From Oikopleura dioica (lineage: Eukaryota > Animalia > Chordata), in the NCBI GenBank assembly GCA_907165135.1, contig OU015566.1, forward strand, positions 11,718,001-11,782,000: 64,000 nt of DNA, read 5' to 3'. A program made the position numbers and the translations under genes. Shown piece by piece: positions 47,588 through 62,037 of this stretch. The notes under the pieces are model-generated. The model was not told the origin of the DNA. It was given only the letters and a program-made list of their open reading frames with translations, and did no database searches. The first letter of the stretch is position 1; every line of letters starts with the position of its first letter.

Positions 47588-50018
47588 CTAATTGGCAACA
47601 AATCGGGCGATATGTCGTCTGAAGGTAACAAAGTTCGCTAGCATGATGATGACCAAGAAGGTGAAGTACGTCTTGAACGCGAACTGCCACCATCCAGTGA
47701 GCAAGGCGAAAGCGAGAGTGATCGAGAGCCAAATGAGGACGCTCATTCGGGCCAGAAGTCTCATTTTCAGTCTTGGGTGGACGTATGCTTCGGAAATAGG
47801 GTCGAAGTGGGAAAAGATAAAGAAAAACACAGGCATTAAGAAGCCTGGAAGTTTCTCTTGAATCGTGTCCCATTTTTCGCTCTAAGAAAACCTGTTTTAA
47901 TCATGGAGAATAGTCTCTTTACCTGTGAAGAAAGGTGCGAGAGTTTGACAAGAGGGGATACGAGCGGGTAAAATTCGTCCATTCGAACTGGATCTTCAAA
48001 GTCTGGGTCGGACCAGTGCGCGATGTCGAGTTGATATTTGCCAGTCATCACCTAATCGAAATAAAAAGGGATCTCGTCAGAAAGAATTTAAACCTGCTGT
48101 CGTCCTAAGTCGGTCAATGTCGCATTGAAGCCTGGTAGCTTGATGTGATCCGGGATAGACTGGTTTTTCACTTGTCTTTGCGCGCTCAAAGCTTCCAACT
48201 CGTGGCTCATGCCGTGCGTTTTGGCCAGATTGATCGCAGAAATTTGGAGTGTGTCGACGATTCGCTCGATTTGACGGTGCTCTTGTGTCACTCCTTCGGG
48301 GCCGAAGAATGTCGCTTCCATCCAGTTTTGCTTGTTTCCCGTCTGAACGTTTGTTTATTCATTGATTCATAAAAGTAACTATTTACCATTAGCTTGTCCA
48401 TCATGTCTCGATTCGCCACGTGAATGGTTCTGATCAACTCTTGTGCGAGTCGATCATTTTCTTCCAGTTCAGTTTCTTGGTTCAATCGACGGGAGGCAAA
48501 AGATGTCTCGTGCTCTTTTGTTTCGTTGATCATTTGTAAAAGACTTTCTTGCGCGAAAATCCAAGCTATTCGGTGAAGTCCCTAAGGGAAAATTAACTAG
48601 TGGAGATGAAGAATGGATAAATTTACTCTTGCATTTGTAGAGCGCTTGATATCGAGTCGAAGGAATCGTCTGTACGCGTCATTAAGATTCTTGGTGTAGC
48701 AATCAATGTTTCGTTTCACAAAGGGTGCCCACTCTTCGCAAGTTTCGGGGTCAAGCCTTTTCGATTCTGACTTGTATCTCCAGGGCTGAATGTAAGACAG
48801 CCAGGCTTCATAAACAATCCGGAAAGTGTTATCCAGCGGCCACAATTCGAAACAGATTCGGAAAATGCGCGGAAGAGATGGTTCCATGTAGTGTGTCAAG
48901 ATTTCGTTGGAAATCTTCGCTTGAACTGTTGGCTTTTCATTTTGCTTGGCAAAGTCGGTGAAAGAAATTTCGTTGGAGGAATTGTTCTTGAGCAGACTGC
49001 CGCCGCAGCTGTGTATGTGTTTGATCATCGTGCGGAGGGCGCGAATTTGGTCTTGATTTGGGCAGATTTTGTCTTGGACGTCGAGGAGCTTTTCGCTCAT
49101 GATCAGGATGAAGGTTTCTGAGCGCCAGGTTTGACCGGGATGGGGACGCTCAATCAGGGAAGTCTGAAAAGGGAGGTCATTGATACTTTTTGAAGACAAT
49201 GAGAAGAACTTACGCTTGAAGATGCAAGTGGTCGTTTTAGGACAGAGCTTGTCCTGTGAGGAGTTCTTGGCGATGGAAGAGTTGGCGCTCCAATAAGGGA
49301 TTGTTTCTCAATGGGGAGGATCCCATCAACGGGGATAAAGTACTCAAGATAACTGGCAAAGAGACTGAAACGCCTGTAAGAAATCGGGCGTATGATTAAA
49401 ACTTACTGATGGATAACATGATCATCCGGCGTGTAAGAGTCGAAGGTAACATTCGAATGCTTCTTTGTAGTGATTTTGTGGACAATCAAGTTATCAACAA
49501 TAAACGCGGCAAAACGGTAGAAAAAGTACTCGAAAGCAGTGACGCTGATTTCATTGCCTTCCACTTCTTTGGTCCTGTTTTTGCACAAAAACTGAAGTAA
49601 TTCTTTAAATAAAGCCGGGGAGATAATTCTACTTTTTTGGGAAGTGAGTAGCGCAGGAAGGGATCTGACTGTAGCTTGTTGATATTTTCGAAAAGAGATC
49701 CGTTTGGCCGCATAAATTTCATAATCGCCGCAAATTCTTTTTCCTTCTTCTACAATTCGGGTTAATACAAAAATTGGAATCGGAAAATCAGATCTTACTG
49801 ATGTTATGTCGAACAATCCGAATTTCTCGGTCGAGAAAAGTTTTTCGATCAGTTCTGCGTACTCATTGTGAATTCCTTTGTACGAGTATTTATCCAGGAT
49901 CGCCGAGGTTTCCTCTTATAAAGGTTTTAATGAGTGAAACATGGATTGTTACTTTACCTAATCGCTCAATGAGCTCTTTCGCCTTTTCGGCTTTTTGCAA
50001 TTTCTCTTTCAAACTCAT
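47588..50018 (-). CDS. SMPD4: Sphingomyelin phosphodiesterase 4 (neutral sphingomyelinase-3) homolog
   Basis: AFEYFFYRFAAF, VYEAWLSYIQPWRY and DPDFEDPVRMDEF..LV motifs, plus C-terminal TM segments. Confidence 0.85.
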
Positions 50019-50371
50019 CTTCAAATAATTTTTTGAAATTAAATGATTGCGAATAAATATTTATTTTAAATATAATATTGTTTTATAGCGGAACTAGGGG
50101 ATAGGTAAATAGTGCGTATCGATAGTAATAAAAGTGAGTGTCATACACAGTGAGCTGTATATCGAGAGGTAAATGAAGCTTTGAGTACAGAATTAATTCC
50201 AGTCTCGGAATCAGAACAAAAAAAACCAAAACAGAAGCGCAAAGCGGTCTAATTAAAACGCTATTTAGAAAAACTTTTCTGAACTTTCACGATAAAAGTA
50301 ACGAAGCAACACACAAACAAACGGAAAAAAGTAAAACAGACTTTGTTTTTTTTTCTTTCAAACAAGGGATT

Positions 50372-52336
50372 TTATTGTCGGTCAACAAGAAGCTCAATTC
50401 TATGCCAAGAGTTGTTCAGCAATCCTCGAATGTTCCAGAGAGCATCAATCTTTTCGGGCTGGGTGTTGCAATTGGAATCGATCGCTCGGATGCAAATTTC
50501 AATCTTATCCTCCTTTATGTCTTCGGGAATTTCTAGCTCGTAGTTCCAGAGAGTCCAGGCAAAACTAAAACATAGTTGAAAAGTGAGCCAAGGAAGAGAC
50601 CTCACCTTCTCTGAGTATAAGGGTCATTTTCATTGTAAATATCTGTTTGCGTCCAGGTTTGACCACCATCGACAGAAATGTCAACTCGTGTGATTCCATT
50701 CCCGGCACCAGAGTACGCATATCCTTCTTTGAATCGGGTGAATCTGAGAAAACGAAGATACTGTTTGAATTTTGGTGCATTGTTGAAAAACTGATTCGCC
50801 AAACGATATCAATTGATTCACCCTAAGTAAAGTAACGGTTTCTCCAGGTTCAACTCTTGTCCCTGTGGACGGCTCAAGAATAGCCGAAGTAACCGGCAAG
50901 TACTGAACAGAAGGCGCCTTCTCCCAAGGAATCGTTTTTACATTCGTGATATTAGGGCCGAATAGTTTGTAATCTCGTCTTTGTGTTGGACTTTCACTTT
51001 CTTCCGTAGAGACGCTAATTTTTGAGAGCCATTTGATGTTTCTAGCGCCAACTGTGCCAGGGACAATCAGTCTGAGCGGGAAGCCGTGATCCCTTGGGAT
51101 CTCTTCCCCATTCATTTCAAAAGCGACCATGACGGATGCTGAGCGATCAAAAGCGCGTTCTAGTGGAATAGATGCACCAGTGCCGACTCCATCCGGGCCA
51201 GCATCGAGTCCTTCGACGCTCAAATGGACGAGGCCCTTCGCTCTACATTCTTTATAACTTATTCCGCAGTGCTCTAGGATATCGGCGAGGAGAACTCCCT
51301 TCCATCTGGCTGTTGAGATTGCACATTGATCCCAAGATAAACCCTTATTGAAAATATGAATTTAACTTCATTCCTGGATTTATTTAAAATCTTACGTTGA
51401 CTTTTTTATCTTTGACTTTCGCATTGAACTCTGCTCGACGATTTCCAGCGCACATTAAGGTGATGGGGATTTCAACAACTTCGAATTTATCTTTGAGCGC
51501 ATCGATTGTTAGTGGAATCGTTTTTCCACTTGGGAGGGCGATATCAAGAGTGAAGGTTGAAATCTAATGCGATAAATAGTTGGAGAAAAAAAGAAAAGGA
51601 CAAACATCGACTTGGGGAACTGGAAGACGATTTCGGATAAAATGAAGCTCGTTTGGCGTGATGAAAGACCTGAGAAGAAGACTTGGAGGTGGCTCTCCGT
51701 TGAATGGCGTGGGGTTGTTGATTTTCATGGCAGGGTGACGCTCAGGCTCATTGCTTAAAAGAATTAATGCGACTAAAATTTCTTTAAAAATACCTATATG
51801 CAGAGTTTTTATCAGAATTGTTAGTAGACGACTTTTTGACAGATTTTGGATCGAGTTTTCCAATATAATATCGCGCTAGAATTTCTTGAACGTGATCGGC
51901 GCTATGTTGCTGATAGAGACCCCAAAAGGGTGCTAGATCTTTTCCGGCGGCGAGGAGGAGGTTTTTAGCGCCGCCGGGGTGAGATTGCGCGAATTCAGTG
52001 ACGTCGTAAACTTTCCCTTTGTAAGAGACCCAGAGACTTTCTAGCGAGTTGTGTTGGCTGACCTCATCGGCCGTGAATACTTTTTCATCCTTTGCTGAAA
52101 TATCTTTAGCATGGGTTAATCATTTTAGGCAGCTTACATAATGCTTGGGTTTTGCTTCTTTCATGCAGAAAATAAAATGAGGCTAGTCCAGCTGAAAGGC
52201 TGGTCCATTTGAACAATCGGAAGTTTTTGAACTCATCGTTATTTGAGCTCTCTGAGGAAGGTTGAACTTGTCGAAGCACGTGACTACTGCTAGAAGATCG
52301 TCTGCTCAAACTTCGAATGAGACTACTTTTTCTCAT
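50372..52336 (-). CDS. SUOX: Sulfite oxidase (transit peptide, cytochrome b5, Moco and dimerisation domains)
   Basis: b5 motif KVYDVTEF..HPGG; FITPNELHFIRNRLPVP; CAGNRR; AFEMNGEEIPRDHGFPLRLIVPG.VGARNIKWL; WNIRGLLNNSWHR. Confidence 0.95.
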
Positions 52337-52371
52337 TCTAAATAGATTCAATTCGTGAGTGGGATTGATTT

Positions 52372-53899
52372 TTAACTCCTCTGCACAAGCTGTGCGAGAA
52401 ATTCTTCTTCCATTGGGTGTAATTTTCCAGTTACGACAAAACAGTGAAGAGGTTCGCCGAGATCAACTTTGGCGAGTTCTTCTAGCGTTCCTGATGCCAT
52501 CTTTTGATCCTTAGCTCCAACACGAGCAATCGCCACGCACTGGGTTTCTCTTGTAACTTCGCCTTCTGCTCCGGTATTTCTCTAAAAATAAAAACGCTGA
52601 AGATACGACTGTCTCTTTGAAATAACAACTTGGGCTTGTTATGGGCTTTAAAGTTCATTCTCCGTCAAGTTTACTGTTTTTCATGGTCAGAAAATGACGA
52701 CAATTGGCCAGTTAAAGATTTTAAATCGAGTAAATATCAAACTCTATTCCCAAGATTGTCGAGTAGATGCGGCTATTGTTGCAATACTTACTCTTTCGAT
52801 AATTTCCAACAACTGTTTCGCAGCCTCATGAGTCCTCATGTATCTAGGAGGTTCGAAGATCTTGTTTCCTTTCATTAAATTTTCAATCGTTTGTTCCTTG
52901 ACTTTTATATCCAGCAAGCTGACGAAGGGTACAAATATAATTCAAGATAAAAAGGTTATTATGAAATAGAAGACAACTTTTCTACCCTAACAGAGAGTGT
53001 GATATTCAAGTTTTCGATTTCTGACGATTTTGTCGTAGTAGCTATCTGGTTGCTTATATGGTTCTGACTTTGTTCACTTGAAAATTATAGAATTTTCTGG
53101 AAAGAGGTCTGTTAGTTTTAGGAACGGGTCAATCTCTTTCACTGATAATCAAACATACATGCTATTCTCGGTCGATAATTATTCCAAATATGGCAAACCT
53201 CGTTTGGAAAATGCCTTCCAAAAAATAGAATGACTTTCAAACGAGTTGCATAACAACAATCATAAAAAATTGTCAAATATCTACAGAACCTAGCCATGAG
53301 TCATCCCAAAAGCAGAACGAAACCGTTTCTCCAAAATTATACAGTTGTAGGCCGCAGCAACCAACAGCCGTCATAATCGACGCATTATGCAAAACTTCGT
53401 AAGGAATTTCTTTCTCTAAAAATACCGATTGAGGTAGTCTGCTAGGCCCGGCAGAAGCATAAGTATGGCGCGATAAGGTCATCAGGGACCAGGCTGATCT
53501 GGAAGTGAAATAAAGTGCCCACCTTTGCATCGTAAAACGAGATCAGAGTGCGTCGTCGCGGCAAAAACGTCGCCGACAACGAGGAAACAGACATCTTCGT
53601 TGTTAGCGTTTTCGAGCATGATGTCGCTTTCCTGCTCGACCATGGCTCGATCAGCCAGGATAACTTCTCTTTCTAGCGTTTTTTATTTACGTCCATTTGT
53701 ATCAGACACAATTTTATACCAGAGAACAAAACGAGCACGCTTTCCTTCCATAAGTCTTCTCAATCTCATCCTTGCTGGCCATCAAAATCGCCGTGTACAT
53801 TTCCAAATACACCCTCTTCGCTCCCTGTACCAAACGGAGTCCTCTAACAGAAATATCCTCTGGGTGAGAGAGACCCAACCCAATAAAATAAAACACCAT
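52372..53899 (-). CDS. DPH5: Diphthine methyl ester synthase
   Basis: [24 protein letters not shown]; [30 protein letters not shown]; [23 protein letters not shown]. Confidence 0.95.
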
Positions 53900-53974
53900 T
53901 CTAGCAAGAAAAAATATGTAAACATGAGTTAGAAACGAGAATGAAAACTATCATTAGAAAAATAGAAATTCGCT

Positions 53975-55905
53975 TTACAAAAATAAACATCAAGTTGATA
54001 AAAACAGGTTCAAATAAGGTGGAATTTCGCTCTGAGCTCACGGAGAAAGTCGGCATTTCTTTTCTCTTCTTGATTTAGTTCGGCAGAGAGGGTAGACTTT
54101 AAATACGCAGTTTGCAGATCGCCACGCTCTTTTGCCAAAAGCGCTAAAAATAAAATAATGTTTCCATTATTAACTCGGCTTTATTACGAGGTTATTTACA
54201 AACTCATAAAATAAAACGAAAAAGAACCGTTTTTACATCATAAGAACTACGTAACCAGCGATCATCTTTCTTACCTGAATTCCACTGAGCTTCCCAAGTC
54301 GAATCAATATCATTCGACTGCGCTAAAAGATTCGCCGCGTGCGATTTATTATCCGCGAGTGAAGCCAAAACGGATAAATTGTTCAGCGAGTAACCACCGT
54401 TTCCATAAACAGATGAAATTTTATAGGCTCGTTCTGCTAGAGGAAAATCGCCGATAGAGATTGCCGCTGTTCCGATATTGTACCAAACAAGTTCGAAATC
54501 TTCGTCATTTATCGCCGCATCGAGAGCTTTTGAGAAACTTCTGAATCCAAGATCAACTTGGCCTGAAAAGAAAAGGTGATGATTTAGAATTTCGATCGGG
54601 GCTTACCGATGCTCACTGAAGCTAGGGCAAGATTGTTGTACAGTGATGCGCAGGGTGGTCCGATTTGAAGAGCTTTCGTGTATAAAGAAAAGCTTCGAAT
54701 GATGTCATCTTTGTAAAAACAGGAAGCAGCTTACATAAGGTTCAAAAAATATCAATAAAAGCCAAACGAATTGTTGATATCGACCCTTCCTAAGACACAG
54801 AGAGCCTCTTGGTTGACCGGATCGTGGGTCAGAATTTCTCGATAAATCTCGTCCCCTCTTTCGTGATTTTGTCTCGCTTGTTCTAGTCGCGCTTGAGAGC
54901 CCAAAATACCCAGACTACCTTCGCATCGTTCAAGTCCTTTCTTATGATGACAAACTTATTGCCCTAATTGCCTAATTGGCCGCTGAGCATGTTATTACCA
55001 CCATTGCCTGTTTTTAACGCTTCACAAGCCGCTGTCGGCTGGTCGAGTTTTCTGTAGACTGAGGAGAGAAGCAGTGCTCCAGCTGGATCAATTGTTTTTG
55101 AAACGTAAGATTTTGCATGTTCCTCTGCTTTTCTCGACATTCCCAGGCGGAGATAACTGACGCCCTGGGCATACGACCAATAATGTTCGTCCGGATGCTC
55201 TTGAGCCGCAGCTTCAGCGAGAGACAGCGCAGTTCTATAATCTGCCAAGACATTCGTTATGTATTCGAAAAGTATTTTGGCGTTAGATGAATCTTTCGCG
55301 ATTTGAGGAAGATTGAGTCGGGAAGTTTTGATGTAAGGTCCGTCCATCGGATCCAGCGAGGCGGTTTGAATGCTTCGCCCGAAGTTGGTGAGTGGACGGA
55401 GCGAGGCAGTGGCGATTCGAGCTGTTTTCAACCCTTCTGCGGTCGTCAGCTTTCCAGTTCCAGGACGCGTTGATGTTCCTGGACGAGCGTAGCCAGTCAT
55501 TGGACCAGCACCAGTCTGAGGCCGAACTGAAGCGCTGTTTGCATTATATCCGCCTTTTTCATTCGCCTTTTTCGCTGTTTTCAATGATGTTCCTGGCCGT
55601 GCAGTTTTTTGCATCACTTGCTCGCCAAAGATTTCTTCGCTTACTGTAGATTCGCCGAGATCTTCGTCGATTATTTTCGCGTCTTCGGTCAACGCTGCTA
55701 CTTTTATTCTCCACAAAGGATGGCCAATGTCTTCGGAGCTTACTCGCTCGTCGCAAATCTTTCCACATTCCTCATAATTGCCGATTTTGAAGTTTGCCCA
55801 AGCTCTGAAGACTGGATTCAAGCTCTGTTCGACCTCTTCCGCCGTCTTTCCAGTCATAGCAGGCCTCGGTTGAGCCTTCAGCGGTGGCAATTCTGTGGCA
55901 GACAT
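53975..55905 (-). CDS. TTC8: Tetratricopeptide repeat protein 8 / BBS8
   Basis: ARPGTSLK, RPQT..GPMTGYARPGT, KTARIAT..RPLT..GR and GPYIKTSRLNL motifs, then TPR exons. The 3' end is approximate. Confidence 0.9.
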
Positions 55906-56481
55906 AACGAAATCCTCGTCGATAAAAATTTCAAGAGGAACTGCTTGCCTATTTCAATTATTTAATTCCTGCTTCTTAAAAAATACGCATTGGAGATGGT
56001 GAATAGGAGATTTTATTGAACTCGTGAAAATCAGTATTTACAATTTGTTAAATTAATAAATATGAACTGAAAGAACATAAGTGAACTAAGATGAAGTGAT
56101 AATTATTAATTATAAAAATCATTAAATGAAATTATGGAAGAACTAAAATGAAAAATTGAAAAAGAAACGAAAGAAAGTATTTTTCGTACAAAATAATAAT
56201 AAAGCGGTGTGGACAATTCTGGCCTGCGAAAATCAAAAAGGAGCTGAAGGCAAGAATGCAAATAATGATAGATAGATATTTTGGATTATATAAACAGATG
56301 GAATTGAAGCAATCAGTGTCTGATCAAATAGTTGAAATAAATAGCTCGTATAAAGACGTGTAGGTAAAACGGGGTGATTATGAATAAGCAGCTGTATTTC
56401 TTTTCTTTTTGAGAGCAGATAGTTTTATAGGATTTTTCGGAGATAAGGAATAAAATGATGAAAACGCGCTTTTACGCATCT

Positions 56482-57751
56482 TCAGCGGCTAAATGAAGTG
56501 CAGAGGACTCCGGCGACACAAGTTAAACTACCAATAAGTGCGAGAAGAAGACTTCGCTATAAAAAGGCTCGGAAACTGCGGGCTAAGGTTTGAGTATTTA
56601 GATAGGTATTCAATTTTTGACCGAGCCTTATCACTGACTTCTTTGAAGAAATATATTCCAACGACACAACCTAAGACAGAAGGAGCTGTCGCTAGAATCG
56701 GAAATGTAAAAGCTTCACCGAGAACTGAGTTCGCATAGAGCCAGCAGAGGAATGCCACGGCCCAGGTTGTTCCAGTTATCATTGCTGGAATCACTGCCGA
56801 CGGGAATAAATCTGGTTTACCCTAACATGAACAGAATTAGTTCTTCCTCTCAAAAGGAGAAATCTTACTTTTCGATAAACAGAGTAAACGATGAACATCG
56901 AAAGCTGTGCGATAAGAACTCCGGAGAAGTGCGACAAAACTCCGTCCATGTGAGATGTAATCAATTCTTGCTCGACGGCAAGAGTGATTGGCAAGAAATT
57001 CATTCCGTAAAAAGCACCAGATAAAACAGCAAAGAAAACACCGAGCCATTTTTGACAAGTTGGAGAAAGCTAAAACTGGCTTTGAATATCAGAGAAATTC
57101 GCACTATTTTTAACCTCATCGATCCAATCTGGATCATCCAGGTCTTTTCTCACTAGCGGGGCTTGAACTTGCTCCTCGTCGATAAGCACTGAGTCCCCTC
57201 TTTTCATTGTCGCCTTGATACCGTGAGTCTGGCTATTTTTTCCCGAAGAGTTGATTGCGAAAAAGATGAAGAGTGATGAAACCGTCAGACAAATGCCAAC
57301 ATAATTCAGCCAGACAATAGAAGGAGTTTGCGTCTTTGATCCAAAGAGGCCAAATCTCGCTACTGCCCACCCGAAAACACAGTTTGTCGATGCCCAAATA
57401 ATCTGCCCAACTCCGAGGCCGATCATTTTGATGATTGGCACTTTGGCTGCGTTTCCAGCCGCCCAAAGAATACCACCAATCATCGGAACCGGGGAAATTA
57501 TAGAACTGTCTTGGATCTTTTGGGGATTTAGAGCCCTTTTTCTAACTACAGAATGAAGCGATTGTTTAATTAAGTTCATCCCGTTTCATAGAATAAATAA
57601 GGCCGACAAACCAAATGTACGATGTGACGATAAGCTGAAAGAAAATCCCATCACCAGTTGGCACCTTCTTTACAGTAAGAAAGTTCGTACCAAAAATAAC
57701 TGTAGATATTACTATCGCGGTCCAGGCGAGTGTCGATTCCGAAAAACTCAT
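56482..57751 (-). CDS. TMEM144: Transmembrane protein 144 (DMT-family transporter-like)
   Basis: FGTNFLTVKKVPTGDGIFFQ; PMIGGILWAAGN..VPIIKMIGLGVG.IIW; MIPAMITGTTWAVAF. Confidence 0.9.
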
Positions 57752-57903
57752 CTCTAAAAAGAAGATTCTTCCACTTTTTTAGAAAAAGTTATAATCAAAA
57801 TAAAAATAAAGAAATTTTAAAAAAGAAAAATAGCATGTAAAGCACAGTGGAAACAATCAGGAATGGAAAAGAGTAAAAATCGGAATGTTGAGAAAAATTT
57901 TTT

Positions 57904-60900
57904 TTACAGCTGATTGAGCACTTGACGTTGAATTTTCTTAGCAAAGACTTTTGTCTTGATCTGATTCTCGACCTTTTTGCGGTTTGTTTTTTCGTTCTCT
58001 CGCTTTTCACGCACTTCGGGCAGCTTGTTGTAGCGCTCGGTCGTCTCTTTTCGAGCTTCCTGAATGGAGTGAATTAATATTCAGACGGTCCGTCTTTTTC
58101 ATATGACTCCTCCTTGATTTCGACGACGAAAATACCTATTGAACTCTTTTTGTACTTACTCTGAGGTTAATCTGCCTTTTCTCTTGAAGGAAAAACTTGT
58201 CTGCGAGAGGGTGGATCTTCGCAGCCCGCTGTTTGTCTGTGCAAGTTCCGACGCCGAAGATCTTTCGTCGCTGGTCGTCGAGCTCCTAAAAATCCGAAAA
58301 ATTGCTGATTACGGTAAAAAAGTGTATATTGGTCAAGTTCTGCTATTGAAATATTATGACGCCCCTTTTTAACGAGCCAATATTTGCGTCCAGAAATGAC
58401 CCTCAACTTTGGTCAAGTTACGAAATGATTGACGAAAACCCGAAGCAAAGGGTTCCTTACCTTCTCGATGAATCTCTGCTCTTTTCGTAATTTAACATGT
58501 CGTACGCGAGCGCGCGATCTTATTTGGGCGTTCGACAACAACCTTTTCTCGTATAAAACCGGTCTCAGTCAAAATAGCGATGATCTAATGATAGGCATCT
58601 CTTTTGCATGAAAGATGTTATGTAACATGTCTTGTGCCTCGAGATATTATTGATCTTCAAATTATCTGTCTATTTTTTTGCAAAACGCGTTCCTTGAGAT
58701 AAACTCTTGTTTATGAATCAAAACAGCTTCTTGAAGCGATGCGCGCTGCCATGCATTTTCGGCGAGGCGCTTGGTCGAGTCTAGCGCGTTGCGATCGATT
58801 GGCACTTTTCTTCCTGTGTAGACGGGACAGTACCTTAAATATTTGTACAGAGCTGTTTTCAGGTCATAGTCATTTACCAGGCACTTGATTTCTTGACTGG
58901 GTCCTCTCTCGTTTGAGTTCCAGAGCTGGCTTTTCCGTTTCGTTCTGGCGACTCGCCCTAAAATAAATAAGAATGGCTAGAAAGGGGAGGGTCGAAAACT
59001 TACGTTGCAGAGTCTCTTGTGCAAGTCCTTCATTGATCTGATTATTTCATTTTCATCAACTTGTCCACAGAAAGAGACCATTTCTCCATCCTCTGGTTCT
59101 GGCGCCTTCTTCTCCGTCAGCGCAGCTTTGCAGATCCTCACTTCGTCCACGATTTTTTCTTTAATTTTGAAATCTTCAATTTCAGCTTCGATGTCTTCAA
59201 CTCTTGGTCGAGGAGGTAGGCTTCTCAGCGAGGCGTTCTCGGAGAAGATCTCTCTTGGAGTCAATTTCGGTGATTCTTGGAAAATGCGACGCCAGTTTTC
59301 TTTTTCTTCAGTTTTCTGGACTCTTGGTCGCTCGAACATTGTGGTCTCTTGGGGCTCTTCTCGGATTGCGGGTTTGATTTTAGCTATTTCTGCTTGAATC
59401 GTTGTCCGGATATTCGTTTCCAGAGAGGAAAGGATTTTCTCTGTCATTCTCTCCTCATTGATTTCAGATCCTCCTTGTTGATTTTGTCGATCAAGTTTTC
59501 TCTCAGCACTCGGTGATGGAGCAAGTTGCTGGTTTGGTCTTCCCACTTCGCTGAAAAGAGAAGCAGAGGAAGAGGAAGAAGCGTTTCGCCTTCTCGATGT
59601 GCCCTTCTTCAGCAGAGCAATAAATTGAAGCTTTTTATCTTTCGGGAGTGCTTTGAACTCTCTCATGCTCTTCGGATACCACTCTAAGATTGACGATGCT
59701 TGGCTCAACGCCGACTTGTCGAGAACTCTGACAGAATCATGAGGCGTTGGCTCGTCACGGATGAAAATGGATTCAGTAGCTGGTTGATTTGTGGTTTCGA
59801 GTTTGAGTGGAGAAACTTTGATCCGAGTTGATTGTGGAGCATTGATGGTGCTGGAATTGACAGAAATAGAAGATTCTAGCGGTCTTAGATCGGCATGCTC
59901 CTTTTCTTTCTTGTAAAAAGCTGAAAGCTCGTTGGAGTCCCTCTCAGCAGTTCCAAATGCTTCTTGAGGAAATGCCGGCGGATACTTGTCTTCAGAACGC
60001 ATTTGACTTGTTACCGTGGCTTGAGAATCATCAACGATTTCCGAGTTTCTGAGCGCTTTCTGCTCCATTTCCAGCTCTCGCCTAATCGATTCCTCCTTTC
60101 TTTCGAAATCATTGACGGGCACAGCTGGAGTTTCTTCAGTCATTTCAAGAAGAGTTTCACGAATTTCACCTTCTTCAAGGGTCGAGTCAAAGTCTTTTTC
60201 CTCTGTCAGAGTTTCGTTTAGTTTTGGCTTTGCAAGAGCAGGAGAGCTTTTCATCGAATCGGGGGATTTCGAGTTTGGCATAAATGAGCCAAATCGCTCG
60301 TCTTTAGATGGGTTAAATTTCATTTCTCCGAATTATAATTTATAAGAAAAAATTTCATCTTTCGTTATGCAAGCAAACCCAAACTGAAGTGAGATCTTCC
60401 ATCGACCTTGGGGACGAATTAACTTCGCTATTAGCATTCGCGATTCCCGAAGTTGCCAATTTAGGCAACTGCGCAACAGGATCCAAATCAAGACTCTTCT
60501 CTTCGAGCGAGTTGTCAATCTGCTGTAGCAATTTTCGAACACGATTGCTCAGCTCATCCGCAGAGCTCGACGCACGTGAGGTATTTTTCGATTTTTCTAA
60601 TTCGCTGGATTTGTCAGTCACGCGACTGTGAGACAAATGTTCACGACGAAGTTGTCCAGATGTGACGCTTTTTTCTTGTCTTCGATCGGTAGAGGCGGTT
60701 TTACCCGACTCTGATTCAGTGTTTTTCCAGCCAGAGATAAGGGAATGGTCTGGAGTTGAAGATTTATGACTGCCCATTGGGGAGAAGTAGATTCCATCAA
60801 CGAAACGCTGCTCGGAAAGGCCAGACTTTCCAGTTGTGTTGACCGAGTGAAGGGTCTTGGAGCGCGTTTGCAGAGAACCGCCAGAGGAGGAGCTCATATC

Positions 60901-61856
60901 ACTCATCATCTTTTTCTGCTGGTCTTCGGTCATGTATTGCCTGAGAGGATTCCTCAAGGGATCAATTAAAAAATATGCTTACTTGACAAATTTCCAAATT
61001 GAGCTTCGCTGAAATCTATCCACTTCAGTCGCGTATTTCGATGAGGTTGTCGAAGAAACTGATTTGACTTCGATTGAGTCGGCGGCCGAAATTCCCAAAT
61101 GAGTTGGCGTCAATTGAGACTTCAACGCAGACTGAACACGAGCGCTGATTGAGTCCGCCCGACTTGAAGCTTTTGAAGAGTTTGACGATCTTGTATTATC
61201 ACTATCGAGTTCCCGGATTTTTAGCTTTGTAGATTGCTCCGATTGAGGGTCGTTTCGATCGAAAAGGACTTCGACTTGGGAAGTTTGAGGGGATGTGGCT
61301 TGGGAGACGATATTTATGTCAGTTTCTTTTGAAGCTGCAGTTTGGTCAATAACTTGGATGTTGCTGCCTTTGGATTCTTGCGAGCAATTCGCTTTTGCTT
61401 GCTCGGAGTTTGGTCTCTTAAATTTGCGCATGAAAATAGGGTGGAGGGGTGACGAGAACCTGTGGAAGTTGATGAAAATCTCCGTCGGTAGAATCATCTT
61501 CAAGGTTGTCAAGAGTTTCCACTGGCAAGGCTGAAAATTTTATCAACAATAAATGATTTCGTAAATGCATTCTTACATGGACTTTTCTCTTTCGATGTTT
61601 CATTTTTCTCTGACGGTTTCTCTAGCGATGGGGCTTCAGCTGAATCATTCTCGGCCACTCCACTCTGCTCGATCATGTCAAGAGTTTCTTGCGCTGCGAT
61701 TTGAGTTTGAACCGCTCTAATTTCCCGAACCAGGGAATTGTCAGATCGATGGGTACTTTGCTGCGATTTTTCATTCGTCTGCTCAAGTAGCTCATCTTGT
61801 ACTTCTTCGTTTGTCTCGTCCGGTAACGGACCTGAGGGGAGACTCGTGTCCGACAT
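57904..61856 (-). CDS. Large low-complexity protein with C-terminal ALMS motif (ALMS1/CEP295-like)
   Basis: SLQEAVLIHKQEFISR and TERYNKLPEVREKRENEK..KVFAKKIQRQVLNQL-stop match the ALMS motif. Long Ser/Glu-rich exons (58977..60323, 60355..60957, 60979..61512, 61509..61856). Confidence 0.75.
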
Positions 61857-62037
61857 TCTGAAAGAAAATTATTTATAACTTGAATTGATGCGAATTTATT
61901 TTCGTTTTACAGAAAATTTTAGAGAAATCGGAATGTATCGATTCAATCAGCAAGGCGTTTTTGAGAGGTTTTTACAGAGAGATTAATTTACAGAAAATTT
62001 GATTAGGTATTAGTGATTTAGGAGTGTACATGAATAG

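Larger units (their letters stand above)
50018..61860 (-). promoter_or_regulatory. Probable SL trans-splice acceptors immediately upstream of start codons
   Basis: TTTCAG-A-ATG (61856), TTTTAG-AG-ATG (57751), CTAG-A-ATG (53899), TTTAG-A-ATG (52336), TTTGAAG-ATG (50018). Confidence 0.65.
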